NCBI GenBank assembly: GCA_002269645.1 | Contig: NIVC01003900.1 | Span: 6,822 to 70,821 of the forward strand | Direction of reading: 5' to 3' | Length of the DNA stretch: 64,000 bases | Origin: Macrostomum lignano | Lineage: Eukaryota | In this document: positions 58,861 to 64,000 of the stretch, piece by piece | Layout of the letters: each line of letters starts with the position of its first letter | How positions within the stretch are numbered: the first letter of the stretch is position 1 | The notes under the pieces: model-generated | Seen by the model: the letters and a program-made list of their open reading frames with translations, nothing else | Databases searched by the model: none | Told to the model about the DNA's origin: nothing | Made by a program: the position numbers and the translations under genes

Positions 58861-60309
58861 CTCAAGGAAAAACTAGGAAGTACAAAACTTCGGTCTACAA
58901 GATTTGCAGTGTCAGTGGCGAACTAATTGTTGCGTTAATTTTGTGAGTTCTTTGCCTTGATGAAAATAGACACATGTGCCAAGTTTCGGTCTCTAACACT
59001 GGCTTCTTATTCTTGTGCAACTTGCAACATTGAGAGTTTTATCTGGTTACAATTTTGAGAGTTTAGCTTCTACTTCTCACTCGGAAGCACCAAGCGATCT
59101 GGCTCTGCTGCAGTCGCAGATTATTGTGACAAGTACCGGTACTAATGTATTCTCGAGTCGGTCAAAATTGCACTGTTATAAGTTTCATGGTGAGTTGAAA
59201 ATTATGCATGTATGTAAAATCCTCCACGGTGAAAATTTCAAGAACAGCTAAACCATAAATTTAGCCGTTATTCATGGCTTTATTAGCTTAATTAGCTCGT
59301 AGCACGCTGTGTTTTAATAATTTGTGTTTTTACACTTCTGATAAGAAATTATGTAACACACGCTTATGCAATTAAAGTAGTCTGTTCATCAAGTCAAGAG
59401 CTTCTGTTAACATTTGATTTAATGGAACATTGAATGATTTCGAATCTTTGTTGTCTATAAAGTTTCGAAGTTGTAAAGATGGGGATATTGTTGTTTTTAT
59501 TTATTTCTAATTACAGTTTGATTATTTGTTCTTTTTAAGTGATTCAATTGAGTTATACGAGCCGTATTTATGTTAGTCGTAGCCCGCTATTGTAAATTAT
59601 ACGTTTAAGTGCCCAGGAATAGAAAAAAGGTAGTCGCTGATGTGTAGCTGTCTATACTCAGCAACATTGGAAAATTGCCATCACAGAAGATTCCGTCTGT
59701 GGTCGCCACTTTTCAAAGTGTAGGTAAAGTCTCTCAATCTTGCGAGTGACGCAACTTACATGTAGCTACGCCACGCGACAACATTTAGGTTGAGGAATGA
59801 AGTGGGGGAATCTCGGTGTGCGAGGATTAGACGGATTAAAGCTACCCCTCAGTTTTATCGTATCATTTATTTCAGAATTGTCAAAGATAAATGCTCACTG
59901 GTGCATATAGTGACGACTTTTCAATGTTGCTGAGTATACTTAATAGTTATTTATTATTCTATACTGGGGTGGGATATTGGGATATTACAGGTTGTAGCTG
60001 TTACAGGGGTGTTTATTTATAGTTTAATCCTACTGTTTTGCTACCAAATTGTGACGGGCCTCTTTTGGGGAAATTATACTGCTGCTGTCTAATTTGTTAT
60101 AAGGGGGGGGGGGCGGGTCGGGGTTACTGGCTTTTACAAGAATTATTTTGGGAATTTCGTAGGATTTGGGGAGAATATGCAATTTCTACTACTAAAAGGA
60201 GTATGCTTTAAAGTTACTCCTGGTGGCGTGAGTGTCCGAGCGGCAAGACACTATATTTCTACTCAGTCCGGATATCTAAGGAGGGGAAGGGGAATAAGGG
60301 CTTCGCGGT

Positions 60310-60640
60310 CGAAAAATCACATCGTCGAAAAGCATCCACCATCACAAGCTCGAAAAGTCATAAGCTCGAAAAATCATATCGTCGAAAAGTTTAGCAACCA
60401 CCATCACAAGCTCGAAAACTCACAAGCTCGAAAACTCACATCGTCGAAAACTGATTTAGCAACCACCATCACAAGCTCGAAAAATCATATCGTTGAAAAG
60501 TTAAGCAACCACCATCACAAGCTCGAAAAATCACATCGTCGAAAACTGATTTAGCAGCCACCATCACAAGCTCGTAAAGTCATAAGCTCGAAAAATCACA
60601 TCGTCGAAAAGTTTAGCAACCACCATCATAAGCTCAAAAA
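60310..60640. repeat. Compound tandem repeat
   Basis: aagctcgaaaaatcacatcgtcgaaaa...agcaaccaccatcac units. Confidence 0.85.
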
Positions 60641-60852
60641 GTCTTAAAGAATTAATTATTTATATTTATATTTATTCATATTTAAAGAATAAAAGTTGCT
60701 CTTAGAATAGTCTATGGCAAAAACTCAAGCCCTACTTATCACAGCTTCACAACAAGAGTAGGCTGGTGTGATTTCAATTCTTGCACCGATTTTTTAAACA
60801 AAAATGCTCGAATCGGCATTCTGTGTATATTCTGTGATTGTCGACCCACTCA

Positions 60853-61020
60853 GAACAATTTGTGTCGTTGAGCAAGACGCTTAACTCTGCATTGCTTCAT
60901 TAACTATTAGCTTTAAAATGGATGCCAGCATTAGTTAGGGCAGTTGAAAGTGTGTGTCACCCCAGTCCTTGGACTGACAGCCGTATGCAGCCTTCAGATG
61001 CGCTGCGCAAAAGCTGTGGT
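60853..61020 (+). mobile_element. Diverged CORE-type SINE copy
   Basis: gtgtcgttgagcaagacgcttaactctgcattgcttca...ggactgacagccgtatgcagccttcagatgcgctgcgca. Confidence 0.75.
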
Positions 61021-62734
61021 AAAATCAGGTAATAGAAAGTGGTAAAATCAATTATTAGGGGTATAGGGGTGAAGTTATGTGTGATTATACGAGAGTTGAC
61101 AAAAAACAAATATACAACTTTAAGCGAGAGGGGAGAGAGCGCAATCTGTGTCATACTGCCATAAAAGTCAGAAAAAATAATAATTCTAATAATAATAATA
61201 AATAACAATTATTTTCATCTGGTATATTGTTTATTATTACAGCTATATCAACATCCATCCTCCATTACACAGCCGAGTGTTTTTCGTTTCAAGCCGTAGC
61301 CAGCGGATGAGTTTCACTCTCATGGACAGACGCGGAACAAGCATATTTGAGCACTTACTCGTATTCACGTGTAAGCTAAATACGAGTAACATTTTTATTG
61401 ACTCGGTTGAATTTTTTATCGAAGTGTATACAAACTATACTAATGACCCGTGTCCTTAATGAAGTTTTCGTCTTAATAGTCTTAATTTAAGCTTTGTGTC
61501 CTCTGTTGCCTCCTTATCTTCATTTGTAAAGAATATTAGAATATCCAATTAAGTGAGCCTGTTCAAGTATTTTACTCTTAGCACTGAACTGATCAAATAA
61601 AAAATAAGCTCAGATATGCAAGCAGATAGCTTAGTAAGTTACTCGTTGCTAGTTAATAAGAAGGTAACGTTCGTTACTTCGTTACCGCTTATCAAAAAAT
61701 TACCGATATATTGAAATTATATTAGTTAAAATGATCATAAAGTTTTTTTGGTAGCAGAAAAAGAAACAAAGCTTATTTTCAATTTCAAGTCAACTAAGGT
61801 ATCCTATTTTATTTACTGCTCTACAGATTCGATTAAACGTACAGAAAGAAGCTTGTTTTGCCTACTGAAAGCAGCTAGTAGACTTGTTAGCATCGTGTTT
61901 TAATCGATCTCAATCAAACGGAAAAGTAACTCTAAAGTAACAAGTACTTATCGCTACTTAGTTTCTGGCACCGATAATAGAATGACTAAGGTATGCCACT
62001 CAAAAAATGCGCTCATTTACTCTCTAAGTATAGCGACAATAGTTTTTGCACTTAAACTTGTAAAACTAATAAATTTTACAAGACTTCTGACTTTCTGTAA
62101 GCAGAGTCTCACCAAACCCATTAATTGTCCTAGATTCTAAGTGATTTTTTATGAAATCCTAAAGGTCTTAAAGACTGAAGATAGCGCTCTTGATACCAGC
62201 AAGGCTGATGAAATTGTTACCTTATTTTCCTACTATTGTTTTGTTGACGTTTATTTTCCTAAGAATTTATGTCATAAAATGTTGCTACTTCGTCCATCTC
62301 TGATACATGTATACGCGATTGCGATTTTTATGTATCCATTGATATGTTATACTATATGTTATATGTTATATCAACTCAACAGTGACATGAAAAGTTTTTA
62401 GTTCAGACTATTCTGAACATTTTTCTTTAAATTTTATTAGTAAGCATTAGTAGCGGAAAGTTAAGTTGATACTATGCTTAGTTTTGTGTTTATGATTTTA
62501 TTTTATGTCGTAGCTTAACCTTTTCATGTAACGTTTTTTGCGTCTTGCATGCAGCCTTCTACATCTCTGTCAGATTCTTACAATAAATATGCGCGCACAG
62601 CTGAATGAGTATCTACTAAATTCAATAGAAAATTAATTGGTTCATTTTTGATGTCATTTTTTTCATATAAAACTAGTATAATACTCGTATAATAAAAAAC
62701 TGATTTACCTGACCAACTGCCCGGAAAGTGCCCG

Positions 62735-63072
62735 TCAACATAAGCTCATAAAGTTCATAAGCTCATGAGCCGAGTAGCCTATGCACAAAAATGACACGTC
62801 ATTCTGCTCACAGTAATACCAGGAAGCTGGGTTTGGCAATAAAAGGGACACAAATTGGACTTAAGAGAACGAGCAAGGGGATGGTTAGGGATTATTATGT
62901 CAACCTAAGCTCATAAAGTAGAGTCCCTAATTATCCCATTGCTTGTTTTTTCCTATCCCAAGTCGAATTTGCATCGCTCTTTTTGCCAAACCTAGCTTCC
63001 TAGTGTCATTGTCAGTAGAATATTATTTGTGTACATAACTTACTCGGGCTCCACTTTATGATCCTAAGTTAA
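62735..63072. mobile_element. Imperfect foldback element of about 340 bp (MITE-like)
   Basis: Nested inverted pairs, e.g. aggaagctgggtttggcaa / ttgccaaacctagcttcct and aacataagctcataaagt / actttatgatcctaagtt. Confidence 0.7.
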
Positions 63073-63516
63073 CAGCCCATTTAAAGTGCCAAATGGAAAG
63101 ATGTGTAAATTTTTATGCAGCGTTCTAGCCTACTTTTCAAGCTTTGAAGTACGTATAGGTTTTAGTTCAGCCAATTTGCCAAGAAAATGAGCCCACGAGC
63201 GTATATTTTGTCCTTATTAGGTATACAATGTATACGCAGTTTGCTAGGGACGATTTAAAGCCGTTCTTTCTACGTTGTTGATATACGAGCTATTACAACT
63301 GCTGTGTAAAGTAATTTCGATGGCATATGATATAGAAAATTCATAAAGCTGCTGAAGCTTCTTAAATCCAAGTAGTGATGTTTCTTTTGATAGTTATTTT
63401 CTCTTTAATATTTGGTAGGATTTGTTTATAGATTTCTCTAGCAACTATTGAACACATATGGGTATTAATTTCAATAAATTGAAGGCTAACCGGTTGCTTT
63501 AAATTGTTTTCTTTGC

Positions 63517-64000
63517 ATGCCGAAAATGTCAAGTGAACAGCAAATCTGCATTGCTAGATCCTGCGATCGTCCGGCTGAAGACACGAGTCCATACTCTGGT
63601 TTTGCTTTCTGTCGGCAGCATCTTGCCACTGAGATTCAGCGTCTAGAGAAACGACAACAAGAACTGCTAGATAAGCTTGACAAACTTAGCAACTGTTCAG
63701 AAAGACAGGCAATGCGTCTTGGTCAACAAGTTTTGATTGTTGAGATGCAGGAGATTACAGACATGTTTGAAGCTGTTCATAATAGACTGCACCAGTGGAA
63801 GGATCGGTTGGTGTCGCATGTGCAAAAGATCCATGACAATATTGCTACCACGCTTAAGGATGTAGACGAGGCCGATGCTTGTAAGCAGGAACTAATGCAG
63901 GCTCGGGATTCGGACAGCTGCGCAAAGTGATGGAGCTTGTTGTTTCCATGGAATCATTCGCTGATGACGCTATGGACGATTGCCAGAGCATGAAGAACTT
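63517..64000 (+). CDS. Second B-box-like/coiled-coil paralog, runs off the right edge; frameshift at about 63912
   Basis: CIARSCDRPAEDTSPYSGFAFCRQH aligns with CISRFCERTADGESPFSGFPLCQEH. Adding one G gives SGQLRKVMELVVSME, matching SGNMRDLIQLTVSME in the paralog. Confidence 0.65.

Overview
Eukaryotic (metazoan) genomic DNA with GT-AG introns. The minisatellite-filled introns and gene style resemble a free-living flatworm such as Macrostomum, which is an inference only. Host genes reconstructed by hand: the 5' part of an ATP10-class P4-ATPase (-), a DD3-3-like type I membrane protein (+), NUDCD2 (-), RABIF/MSS4 (-), an HRI-like eIF2-alpha kinase (-), a selenophosphate synthetase with an in-frame TGA at the Sec position (SPS2/SEPHS2, +) and a type II SECIS candidate downstream, and two tandem RING-less B-box-like/coiled-coil/propeller paralogs (+). 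Mobile DNA: a near-intact Loa/R1-group LINE, a young RTE/RTEX LINE with an HDV-like ribozyme fold at its 5' end, an old CpG-decayed copy of the same RTE family, a 5.1-kb EnSpm/CMC-like element carrying a spliced DUF4806/BEN-like gene, a tyrosine-recombinase (Crypton-like) remnant, tRNA-derived CORE-SINEs and several MITEs. Most long ORFs in the supplied track are artefacts of stop-free tandem arrays. Six separate frameshifts are each repaired by adding one G or C to a G/C run, which points to assembly error rather than pseudogenisation. The most interesting candidates are the SPS2 3' UTR (SECIS with a mutually exclusive anti-SECIS helix), the RTE ribozyme, the local CpG-decay domain and the possible head-to-head HRI/SPS2 promoter. 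All folds and alignments were done by eye and need computational confirmation.
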